Assembly: GCA_022564385.1 (NCBI GenBank)
Contig: JADFLN010000002.1
Span: 1 to 34,190, forward strand
Source of the DNA: Nitrososphaerota archaeon
GTDB taxonomy: Archaea; Thermoproteota; Nitrososphaeria; Nitrososphaerales; Nitrosopumilaceae
Length of the DNA: 34,190 nt
Direction of reading: 5' to 3'
Part shown: in pieces, positions 17,960 to 26,005 of the stretch
Layout: each line of letters begins with the position of its first letter
How positions within the stretch are numbered: position 1 is the stretch's first letter
The notes under the pieces: generated by a model
What the model saw: the letters and a program-made list of their open reading frames with translations, nothing else
The model's database searches: none
Told to the model about the DNA's origin: nothing
Program-made: the position numbers and the translations under genes

Positions 17960-18043
17960 GAACAAAATTAACATTAACATCTTGCCTGTCTATTAAAAAC
18001 AAACAACATCATAATCAAATTTGGAAACAAAAAGAGTTGAGAA
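17960..18043 (-). repeat. direct repeat copy 2, promoter of the wHTH gene
   Basis: 380 nt from copy 1; minus-strand TTTTTAATA about 45 nt upstream of the wHTH start. Confidence 0.9.
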
Positions 18044-18104
18044 AAAACTAAAAAATTAAGAAATTAAGGTAAAACTAAAATCAGACAAAATATGATCAAT
18101 AGTC

Positions 18105-18563
18105 CTGATTGAAGAAAAACTTGAATCTTTGGGAATAAAGATTCCAAACCCCCCAACACCTTCAGGATCATATGTTCCGGTAGTAAGAACAGGAAATTTG
18201 CTGTACATTTCAGGACAAATTCCAATGGAAGATGGTAAAGTGATCTTTACAGGAAATGTTTCTGATGACAACTTGGAAATTGCTCAAAAATCTGCAAGAA
18301 TGTGCGCAATTAACATTTTAGCACAAATAAAAAGGGAGATAGGGGATTTGGACAAAGTTTCTAAAATAGTAAGATTGTCAGGATTTGTGAATTCTGTTTC
18401 AGAATTTTCACAACAACCCAAAGTCATCAATTCAGCTTCTGATTTGTTTTTTGAGATATTTGGTGAGAAAGGAAAACACACCAGAATTGCAGTTGGAGTT
18501 GCTAGTTTGCCATTAGACGCTATGACAGAAATTGATGCAATTATTGAAATTTCAGAACAATAA
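18105..18563 (+). CDS. RidA/YjgF family protein; proposed CTG start at 18105 (first canonical start is TTG 18129)
   Basis: GSYVPVVRTGNLLYISGQIP, INSASDL, GKHTRIAVG..LP; family-like N-terminus IEEKLESLGI is in frame upstream of 18129. Confidence 0.88.
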   Translation: MIEEKLESLGIKIPNPPTPSGSYVPVVRTGNLLYISGQIPMEDGKVIFTGNVSDDNLEIAQKSARMCAINILAQIKREIGDLDKVSKIVRLSGFVNSVSEFSQQPKVINSASDLFFEIFGEKGKHTRIAVGVASLPLDAMTEIDAIIEISEQ

Positions 18564-18599
18564 GAATAAACCTAAATTATTTAAAAAATACAACATTAC

Positions 18600-18968
18600 A
18601 TGTACAATTTAGAAAAATTAGAATCAGAAAAATGTATTTCACTTGAAACATTTAGAAAAAACAATCAGCCTGTTAGAACTCCTGTTTGGTTTGTAATCAA
18701 AAATGATTTGATTTATGTTGTTACTCGGGATCAAACAGGTAAAGTAAAACGTCTTAGAAATAATCTCCAAGTAAAAATTGCAACATGTAATTTCAAAGGA
18801 AAAATTAAAGGTGAGTGGATATCAGGAACTGCTAAAATTTTAACAGAAGAAGAAACGCAAGAAGCAGTAAAGTGGAGAGATAAAAAGTATGGACTAATGG
18901 CCAAAATTGCCAAATTTTTAAGTAAAGGTAAGGGTGAGCTTTGGGCATTCTCAATTAAAGTAGATTAA
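18600..18968 (+). CDS. PPOX-class putative F420-dependent oxidoreductase
   Basis: SLETFRKN..V.TPVWF, GKVKRLRNN, KKYG motifs. Confidence 0.85.
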   Translation: MYNLEKLESEKCISLETFRKNNQPVRTPVWFVIKNDLIYVVTRDQTGKVKRLRNNLQVKIATCNFKGKIKGEWISGTAKILTEEETQEAVKWRDKKYGLMAKIAKFLSKGKGELWAFSIKVD

Positions 18969-19444
18969 ATTATTTTTTGTAACTTTATCTCTTGCTTTAG
19001 TTTTAAAGCAGTCAATCCTGCAAATCCAAAAATAATTACAAGACCTACATAAGCCAAAATTTGACTGTATTCAATTAATACGGCAGTTGCACCGACTCCA
19101 ACAACACTTGGAAGTAAAGATAGTACATACAGAAACCAACCACAGCAACCTAGTGGTACTAGAGAGAAAAACGAAAAAAAGGATGTTGTAGCAACACTGC
19201 CCGAATTTCCTCCAAATGCTTTTCTTTTTATGTTCAGTTTGCACCCTAGCAATTTACTTTTCTCAGACAAGAAAATTTGTAATCCTATTCCAATTCCCAT
19301 GCCAATTATAACTATAGAATTTATTTGAAATGCTGCATTGATTGCTGCAAGTGGTTCTAATGCGGGGGTTGTAATTACAACCACTGAAAGATACACAACT
19401 ATTGTAATTATTCCAACAATGATTGCTTTTTGAATTGGTCTCAT
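18965..19444 (-). CDS. membrane protein (about 4 TM) with a GCCG motif
   Basis: Four hydrophobic segments, LVPLGCCGW; ATG directly abuts the DUF3179 stop. Confidence 0.8.
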   Translation of the reverse strand: MRPIQKAIIVGIITIVVYLSVVVITTPALEPLAAINAAFQINSIVIIGMGIGIGLQIFLSEKSKLLGCKLNIKRKAFGGNSGSVATTSFFSFFSLVPLGCCGWFLYVLSLLPSVVGVGATAVLIEYSQILAYVGLVIIFGFAGLTALKLKQEIKLQKII

Positions 19445-20566
19445 CTACACATCACCATAAACTAGAGTTTCTGGATGAAATGCAACCCATGCAAACCAAA
19501 ACCCAGGCTCAATTGGCATTCGCTCTAATTGTTTTCCTTCATATTCACCAGATATTGATAGACCGTCATAGTTCCATTCAGAATTTGTTAGAGTATCAAT
19601 AATTTTATTATCTTCATGTACAAAATCTAATACTTGATCATCTAGGGTTCTCTCAAAAGCACGAGAGTTTTGAGAAAATAGTGAAACAAGCATTACAGGT
19701 GTTTCACCAATGAAATCATTGATAATAATATTTGATTCAATGTCATTTTGCTTGTATGCTTTGTAGATACCGTCTTGATTAAATCCAATGATTATCTCTT
19801 TTGGATGCATTCTGTCATCTCTATGTTCTACTGGAAACATAATCCGTGGCTCTGTGTAATAACTTCCATAAGGGTCAGTTGTATACGAACGAACATACCC
19901 AGTATCAGTTGTTAATACCAAGGTATCTGGATGAAGTGTTTTCCAATCACCCCATGTAATGACATCAAATGGAATCAAATCAAGTTGGTATCCGCTTAAT
20001 TCTCCTTTAACTGCAATTCCAAGTGCTTGACTCCAATATGATTCAGTTAATCGGTCATACATCAACAAATTACTGTTGTATAGTTTTCCAGAAGTTCCAA
20101 ATTCTACTACTTGTCCATCAATAACTCTCTCAAAGACTTGATTTGTATAACACAAGGGACAATAAGTAATAGCTACAGGAGTTCCACCCACATTATCATT
20201 AATTATTTCATGCCAAACTAAAATAAAGATAGGATAAGCTTTTACTTCTCCGTTAATTTCCAATCCGATGATAATATCTGAGCCAGACATGAAATGAGAA
20301 CCTTGAACATTTGTAAATACAGGATTATCAATTGATGGGATTCCATCCTTTGGTGGTCCACCACCTCGGATCTTATCTAGTGGAATGAGATGCTTGATGC
20401 CATTTGTTTCCATTATACTGAGTCCTGTAGAATCAAAATCAATTGCAATAGATTCAATTTGATTAGAAATAGTAATTTCAGGAATAGGCTCACCGTGGAA
20501 TGAAACAGCTAACACTACAATTGTAACACCAATTAGAATTACAGGTGCAATAATCTTTAGATTCAA
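19445..20566 (-). CDS. DUF3179-domain membrane-anchored protein with CxxC
   Basis: GGPPKDGIPSID.P, AYP..IL.WHEI.ND, TYCPLC, FGTSGKLYNSNLLMYDR.TES.WSQ, FWFAWVAFHPET; N-terminal hydrophobic anchor. Confidence 0.88.
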   Translation of the reverse strand: MNLKIIAPVILIGVTIVVLAVSFHGEPIPEITISNQIESIAIDFDSTGLSIMETNGIKHLIPLDKIRGGGPPKDGIPSIDNPVFTNVQGSHFMSGSDIIIGLEINGEVKAYPIFILVWHEIINDNVGGTPVAITYCPLCYTNQVFERVIDGQVVEFGTSGKLYNSNLLMYDRLTESYWSQALGIAVKGELSGYQLDLIPFDVITWGDWKTLHPDTLVLTTDTGYVRSYTTDPYGSYYTEPRIMFPVEHRDDRMHPKEIIIGFNQDGIYKAYKQNDIESNIIINDFIGETPVMLVSLFSQNSRAFERTLDDQVLDFVHEDNKIIDTLTNSEWNYDGLSISGEYEGKQLERMPIEPGFWFAWVAFHPETLVYGDV

Positions 20567-20620
20567 TTTCAGATAATTATTGTTTGTGAAATATTAAAAA
20601 ATTTCTCCAACTTTATTTTT

Positions 20621-20634
20621 GATTTGGACAAATC
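20621..20634. promoter_or_regulatory. palindrome just upstream of the doxX TATA box in the divergent promoter
   Basis: GATTTG-GA-CAAATC followed by TTTTAATAA at 20636. Confidence 0.4.
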
Positions 20635-20665
20635 CTTTTAATAAGTTTCAAAAGTGTGTAGAATT

Positions 20666-21089
20666 ATGAACACAGAGGCAATTCTAAAGGGAAATGTATT
20701 ACATGATATTGCTTTCATGGGATTAAGAACTGGCTATTGGAGTAATTTTCATAGTTCATGGAATAGGAAAGTTTGATCCAAGTTTTGTAGGATTTCTTAC
20801 GGGGCCTCTGGGATTTCCTCCAGAGATGCAAATTCCAATTGCATTAGCAGAAATGATTCCAGGAATATTGTTAATCATGGGAGTTTTAACTAGAATTTCA
20901 TCATCATTATTATCCATAGTAATGTTGGGAGCTATATTTTACGTAAAAGGTGCAACAAATCTTACAGGAGAAAAAGCATTTGAGCTGGACTTGATACTTC
21001 TTGCTGCAAGTTTAGTAATTATTGTTGCAGGGCCAGGAAGAATATCAATTTCACACATAGTAAAAAAAATTCCTAGATTTTTACAATGA
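20666..21089 (+). pseudogene. DoxX-family membrane protein with a +1 frameshift
   Basis: ATG 20666 reads MNTEAILKGNVLHDIAFMGLR; removing one A at 20728/20729 restores LAIGVIFIVHGIGKF and joins the frame of ORF 20826-21089 (E..GILLI.G.LTR, GPG.IS). Confidence 0.8.
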
Positions 21090-22205
21090 TTACTTTATTT
21101 TTTTATTTAATTCTGTAATGAATTTTTTTATTTTCAGTTTTGGAATTATAGCACCACATGCCTTATCATGTCCACCGCCAGAACCACCAAGGTCAGTTGC
21201 TAAAATATTAACAATCCTGCCTAAGTGCACTTTACAATCCTTAGAACCTCTAACTGAAACTGCATAGATACCATGATCAACTCTCTCCTTGTATGCAACA
21301 CCAACATTTTTCCCAGATAACCCCATCACAAAATTAACAGCGCCGCTTGCTCCTGCATCTAGAATTTCCATATAGCCAAGATTTTTCATGGTTTTCATTC
21401 CTTGTTTTACTTTGGCAATCATTTGGGAGAGTTTTTCAACTTGGATTTGAGCAAACTCAAAAGTATTTGGAATGTCATGTGGGAATTTAGAATCTGCCAA
21501 TTCTTCTACTAAATACAACAAGTAATCGGGGTCTTTTTGATGTCCAACAATGTTGTATGTAAGTACTGTAGCATTGATTAAAGCAAATTGTCGATCATAA
21601 ATTTGTAGTAATTTGGAGCCAATTGGCCTATCTTCCATATAGTCAGTAATAGCTGCACATGTTGCTACAAATGATGCATGATCATTGAGTTTTGATTTGA
21701 ACGCAGTATAAACCTGAACAGTAGTACATTCATTGATATCATGAATTACTTTGACTTTGATTTTCTTCAATGATTTTACAATAGTAGGATCAATGTCATG
21801 ATGATCAATGTAAGTAACTGCAATTTTATTTTTTCTAAGAGTTGTCATAATATCTACAAATTTATCTTGGGTATTTTTGCTTAGGCCCAAATCACAAATA
21901 TATAGAGATTTTAGTTTTTTATCTAAAACCACTTGTTGTATAGCTTCCATTTGGCCTGGATAGTCCACAAGAATTGAATCCCCACCAAAGGCTTGTCTAA
22001 TTAATGCAGCAGAGCTGATTCCGTCATTATCTTCCTTATGAGAAATACAAACAACGTTTGTTCGTTGTGTCTTGATAGTTTTTTTAGTTGGTGTTTTTTT
22101 AGTTGGTGTTTTTTTAGTTGCTGTTTTTTTAGTTGCTGTTTTTTTAGTAAGAGTCTTTTTTACAGTTTTTTTGCTTATAGATTTCTTGCGTTTAGATACG
22201 GACAA
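21090..22205 (-). CDS. DHH/DHHA1 family phosphoesterase with a Lys/Thr-rich N-terminal tail
   Basis: H.ED.DG, DLG, IDHH, SVRG, GGSGGGH..ACG motifs. Confidence 0.92.
   Translation of the reverse strand: MSVSKRKKSISKKTVKKTLTKKTATKKTATKKTPTKKTPTKKTIKTQRTNVVCISHKEDNDGISSAALIRQAFGGDSILVDYPGQMEAIQQVVLDKKLKSLYICDLGLSKNTQDKFVDIMTTLRKNKIAVTYIDHHDIDPTIVKSLKKIKVKVIHDINECTTVQVYTAFKSKLNDHASFVATCAAITDYMEDRPIGSKLLQIYDRQFALINATVLTYNIVGHQKDPDYLLYLVEELADSKFPHDIPNTFEFAQIQVEKLSQMIAKVKQGMKTMKNLGYMEILDAGASGAVNFVMGLSGKNVGVAYKERVDHGIYAVSVRGSKDCKVHLGRIVNILATDLGGSGGGHDKACGAIIPKLKIKKFITELNKKIK
22078..22148. repeat. 15-bp tandem repeat x4.7 encoding TKKT[AP]
   Basis: GTTTTTTTAGTTG(G/C)T at 22078, 22093, 22108 and 22123, partial at 22138. 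Confidence 0.93.
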
Positions 22206-22249
22206 TACGATTGAAAAATTATTCCCTCATTTAAATGAAGAATGAAAAA

Positions 22250-22441
22250 TTAAGATTTTCTAAAAGACTTTTTGATGCCTTGATTAATCAAAGAACTAGA
22301 ATCAAGATAAACATCATAAAATGACAATCCATCCATTTGGGTTTGATGATCTACTTCTTGAATTTTTGTTAGTTTCTCGGGTGATGCATTTAATACCAAA
22401 TCATCTAATTTTTGTAAATCTCTACGCTCCTTGGGGGTCAT
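22250..22441 (-). CDS. small hypothetical protein
   Basis: 63-aa ATG ORF filling the gap, helical composition. Confidence 0.6.
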   Translation of the reverse strand: MTPKERRDLQKLDDLVLNASPEKLTKIQEVDHQTQMDGLSFYDVYLDSSSLINQGIKKSFRKS

Positions 22442-22544
22442 TTAATTTTTAATTAGAAATTTTCATTTATGACCAAAAGTTGTGATATTAGACTAATTGC
22501 TAAATTTCATAGACATGATTTTGGCAAAAATATAATAGAAGATT

Positions 22545-22558
22545 TTGAGTATGCTCAA
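22545..22558. promoter_or_regulatory. palindrome between the TATA box and the citrate synthase start
   Basis: TTGAG-TATG-CTCAA between AATATAAT (about 22529-22536) and ATG 22560. Confidence 0.35.
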
Positions 22559-22559
22559 T

Positions 22560-23723
22560 ATGGAGACCAAAAATATTGGTTTACGAGGAATTGAGATTGC
22601 AGATACTAAAATCTCAAAAATTGAAGGAGATAAGGGTAAACTCATTTATCGCGGATATGACATTTTCGATCTTGTAAAAAACTCAAACTTTGAGGAAACA
22701 GCATATTTGCTTCTTTATGATAGTCTACCAAACAAGCATCAACTAAACGAATTTAATGCAAAATTGATTGATGCAAGACAAATTCCAAAGCAAATGCAAA
22801 AGAACATTGGAAATTGGAGAAAAGATGCAGATCCTATGGATATGCTTCAGGCATTTGTTGCAGCACTTGCCGGATATTATGATGAAGAATTTTCAACTAA
22901 AGAGGCTAGTTATGACAGAGCAATTAACCTCATCGCCAAGGTCCCCACCATCATCGCAAGTTGGCAGAGAATAAGAAACGGATTAGAACTTGTAGATCCT
23001 GATTCTTCTCTAAATCATGCTGCAAATTTTCTATACATGATGTCTGGTGAAAAACCAGTTCAGGAAGTTGAAAAAGTCTTTGATATATGTTTAATTCTTC
23101 ATGCAGACCATACTTTCAATGCATCCACATTTACAGCAAGACAAGTTGCATCAACAAGAGCACATATGTATTCAGCATCAAGTGCTGCAATCGGAGCATT
23201 AAGTGGAGAATTACATGGGGGAGCCAATACAGAAGTTATGAAAATGTTGTTGGAGATGGAAAAAATAGAGAATGTTGAACCATGGATTAAAGAAAAAATG
23301 AGAAAGGGTGAAAGAATAATGGGAATGGGACATGCTGTTTACAAAACATATGACCCACGAGCACAGGTACTAAAAGAATTATCAAGAAAATTAGCAGAAC
23401 AAACCAATCAACCATGGTTTAAAATGACAGAAAAAATTGAAACCACTACCATTACTGAGATGAAATTGCAGAAAGACAGAGATATTTATCCAAATGTAGA
23501 TTTGTACAGTGCTTCAATCTATTACATGTTAAAAATTCCAGTAGATCTCAATACACCAATCTTTGCAATTTCAAGAGTTGTAGGATGGGCAGCCCATATC
23601 ATTGAAGAGAAGTTTGCAGAAGCTGCGCCAAAACCAGCACTGTATAGACCAAAAGCTACCTATGTTGGAAAGTATTGTGGTCCAGAAGGATGTGAATATA
23701 AAACACTAGACTTGAGAAAATAA
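22560..23723 (+). CDS. gltA: citrate synthase
   Basis: GLRG, LIYRGY, HADHTFNASTF, LHGGAN, GMGHAVYK.YDPR, YPNVD; ATG 22560 chosen from TATA spacing. Confidence 0.95.
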   Translation: METKNIGLRGIEIADTKISKIEGDKGKLIYRGYDIFDLVKNSNFEETAYLLLYDSLPNKHQLNEFNAKLIDARQIPKQMQKNIGNWRKDADPMDMLQAFVAALAGYYDEEFSTKEASYDRAINLIAKVPTIIASWQRIRNGLELVDPDSSLNHAANFLYMMSGEKPVQEVEKVFDICLILHADHTFNASTFTARQVASTRAHMYSASSAAIGALSGELHGGANTEVMKMLLEMEKIENVEPWIKEKMRKGERIMGMGHAVYKTYDPRAQVLKELSRKLAEQTNQPWFKMTEKIETTTITEMKLQKDRDIYPNVDLYSASIYYMLKIPVDLNTPIFAISRVVGWAAHIIEEKFAEAAPKPALYRPKATYVGKYCGPEGCEYKTLDLRK

Positions 23724-23726
23724 TTT

Positions 23727-23933
23727 TTAATTTCTTGTACTAAGCCATTCTTTTGCTTTAGAGTTTACGTCATGTTTGTACAACACTTCAAAAACCATAT
23801 CATAAAATGTAATACCTTTTTTTTGTGCTTGAACATCAAGCCATCTTATTCCGTCTGCTAATTCGGGATCATACTCAGAAAATTCTACTAGTTCGTCTAC
23901 CATCTTTGAGAAGAATGTGTGTGACTCAAGCAT
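23727..23933 (-). CDS. small hypothetical protein (68 aa, MLESHTFF...)
   Basis: 3' part of ORF 23727-24017; ATG 23933 avoids overlap with the divergent gene. Confidence 0.7.
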   Translation of the reverse strand: MLESHTFFSKMVDELVEFSEYDPELADGIRWLDVQAQKKGITFYDMVFEVLYKHDVNSKAKEWLSTRN

Positions 23934-24002
23934 GAATACACCTTTCAATCTATGATCATAAGGGGTATATTCAAAATATATAGACAAAAGACCCCTTTTT
24001 GG

Positions 24003-24419
24003 TTGACAATTGTCCATGTATTTTATTCATATGGAAATCCAAAAAAAATTTCATGGGTTATTCAAACTAGGAATTCAATAGTTGAACAAAATAGAGAACA
24101 TGCAGAAATCTATAAAGACAAAGTGACAAGTTTACAATCAAAATATATTGCATTACATGTTGGTTTATTTTGGAGAGTTGGAGTTTTTATTATAAAAAAT
24201 AAAGACATTGTTAAAATAAAATTTGATGAAAAAATAATGTATGATCATTTTACATCTAATTCAAAAATTGAAGATGAGTTCATAAAAAAACGAATACAAT
24301 TCATCAGACAATTAATTGAGCAGAGAAAATTAAAAATAGAGTTTCAAATGATTGATAAAGAAAAAAATTTAGCCAGAATGAATATCAATGCAAAAGAGCT
24401 TAAGACCAACAACGAGTAG
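24003..24419 (+). CDS. degenerate RNase HI-like fold protein
   Basis: T..QSKYIAL..GL, VKIKFD and IEF..ID.EKN.A match the RNase HI motif order; TTG start at 24003 inferred. Confidence 0.55.
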   Translation: MTIVHVFYSYGNPKKISWVIQTRNSIVEQNREHAEIYKDKVTSLQSKYIALHVGLFWRVGVFIIKNKDIVKIKFDEKIMYDHFTSNSKIEDEFIKKRIQFIRQLIEQRKLKIEFQMIDKEKNLARMNINAKELKTNNE

Positions 24420-24426
24420 TTACTTG

Positions 24427-24630
24427 GTGACAGCTCAGTTGCGATGTTAATTGTATTACGTACCAGATTCATAAAAGAAAGAATTGTTCAATATCATTGA
24501 CAATAGCCAATGTTTGATTAAAGCGATCATGTAAAATTTTCAATTGATTTTTGAAATTTTTGAAAATATTTGAAGAATAGCAAAAAAACAAGATTTCAGA
24601 ACGGAGATTAATGACAAAGAAATGAGATGA
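24427..24630 (+). pseudogene. possible decayed small gene
   Basis: GTG about 25 nt after a CTTAAG TATA-like box; protein-like frame (VTAQLRC*LYYVPDS*KKELFNIIDNSQCLIKAIM*...) with four internal stops. Confidence 0.3.
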
Positions 24631-24718
24631 CAAAATTCAAAATGTTTGTAAAAATGAAATTATGAACGTGATAATGACGATTAAGTTTATTTAGCATATA
24701 GCAAGTCATGGATCAATT

Positions 24719-25984
24719 ATGGTAAGTATAGACAAAGCCGCAATTGTTCTTACAATGGCAATTGTAGCTATAGCGTTAGGAGTTGCAGCTTCAGGGGATA
24801 TGACCCAGGATGCTGATCCAGCTGTCTTTACTCCTTCAACTGTTTCAACTGAAACTTCAGAGCCAGAAACATCAAGCTTTGGTGCAGATTTGGATGCTGA
24901 GATTATGGAGAAAGCAGAAAACCCATTGAAATCGGGTTGGGAGAGAACTACATCTATGCTAGACCCAGGTGTTGGACATGAAACACACCAAATAGCAATA
25001 CTATTGGCACCAAGTGACAAAGTATATTCAGGTACACTCAATTATGATGCATCTGAATCAATTCAACTAATTACATTACATGGTCCATTAGCAAATGGTG
25101 AAGACAAAGGTCAAGCAATTTGGACTCCAGATGGTGAAACAAAGTTTGCATTAACATTTGTTAATCCAAATAACGCAAAAGGCGAATGGGAATTTGCCGG
25201 AAATGCTTTAGCAGTACACACAATGAATACAGAACCATTCACAGTTGATTATAAAATCGATTATACTGAAAAACGAATGTCTGACACGGTAGTAACTAGT
25301 ACAACCATGTCAATGTTAGATCCAGGTATGGGACATGAATCACATCAAATTGCAATACTACTTGCACCATCAAGTGATGTGTATTCAGGAATTATTTCAT
25401 ACACTGCTTCTGAAAATATTCAACTAGTAACACTTCGAGGACCAATAGGTGCTGATGAAAAACCAGCAAAGACTTGGACGCCAGACGGTGAAACTATCTT
25501 TGAATTAACATTTGTTGATCCAAAGAATGCAATGGGTTCATGGGAATTCTCAGGTAATGCTTTAGCTGTTCACACAATGTACACAAACCAATTTACTGTC
25601 AGTTATTCTATAAGTGCAACTGCAACTGCAGGACAAACTATAGAGGTTGAAGACAAAGCAGACATGAAAGACACTTCAGAACCACAAACAATCCATGTAG
25701 AAATTCCAGTAGCAACTTCAGTTCCAGGATGTGAAGAAACTAACTCATGTTACTCACCAGCAGATGTTACAATTAAAGCTGGAGATACAGTACATTGGAT
25801 GAATGTTGACACAGCAGCACACACAGTTACTGGTGGAAGTCCAGCAGATGGCCCATCGGGCGTATTTGATAGCAGTCTAGTCATGGCAGATGCAGTTTAT
25901 GCATTTACTTTTGATGAGATAGGTAGCTATGATTACTTCTGCATGGTTCATCCATGGATGACTGGTACTGTCACAGTGAACTAA
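24719..25984 (+). CDS. secreted/anchored blue-copper (plastocyanin/azurin-like) protein with two tandem His-motif domains
   Basis: N-terminal hydrophobic anchor; 119-aa-period duplication; C-terminal N.D..AHTVT...YFCMVHPWM type-1 Cu site. Confidence 0.9.
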   Translation: MVSIDKAAIVLTMAIVAIALGVAASGDMTQDADPAVFTPSTVSTETSEPETSSFGADLDAEIMEKAENPLKSGWERTTSMLDPGVGHETHQIAILLAPSDKVYSGTLNYDASESIQLITLHGPLANGEDKGQAIWTPDGETKFALTFVNPNNAKGEWEFAGNALAVHTMNTEPFTVDYKIDYTEKRMSDTVVTSTTMSMLDPGMGHESHQIAILLAPSSDVYSGIISYTASENIQLVTLRGPIGADEKPAKTWTPDGETIFELTFVDPKNAMGSWEFSGNALAVHTMYTNQFTVSYSISATATAGQTIEVEDKADMKDTSEPQTIHVEIPVATSVPGCEETNSCYSPADVTIKAGDTVHWMNVDTAAHTVTGGSPADGPSGVFDSSLVMADAVYAFTFDEIGSYDYFCMVHPWMTGTVTVN

Positions 25985-25990
25985 CCAAAA

Positions 25991-26005
25991 CTTTTTCTTT
26001 TTTTC
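25991..26005 (+). terminator. oligo-T terminator-like tract
   Basis: CTTTTTCTTTTTTTC immediately after the cupredoxin stop. Confidence 0.55.

Noticed and set aside
17577-17980. MLMLILF mini-ORFs inside both direct-repeat copies
   Set aside because: Their ATGs lie only about 10-20 nt downstream of the TATA boxes, probably upstream of the TSS; better explained as operator sequence.
17580-18043. Direct repeats as a CRISPR array or transposon ends
   Set aside because: Only two degenerate copies 380 nt apart, with no cas gene, transposase or terminal inverted repeats.
19445-20566. Selenocysteine recoding in DUF3179
   Set aside because: The CPLC motif uses Cys codons and the ORF has no in-frame TGA.
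23934-24017. N-terminal extensions of ORFs 23727-24017 and 23952-24419
   Set aside because: They would overlap head-to-head; shorter starts (23933 and 24003) leave a normal divergent promoter gap.
24425-24445. tRNA-like AGCTCAGTTG D-arm sequence
   Set aside because: No acceptor stem, anticodon arm or GTTCRA T-loop follows.
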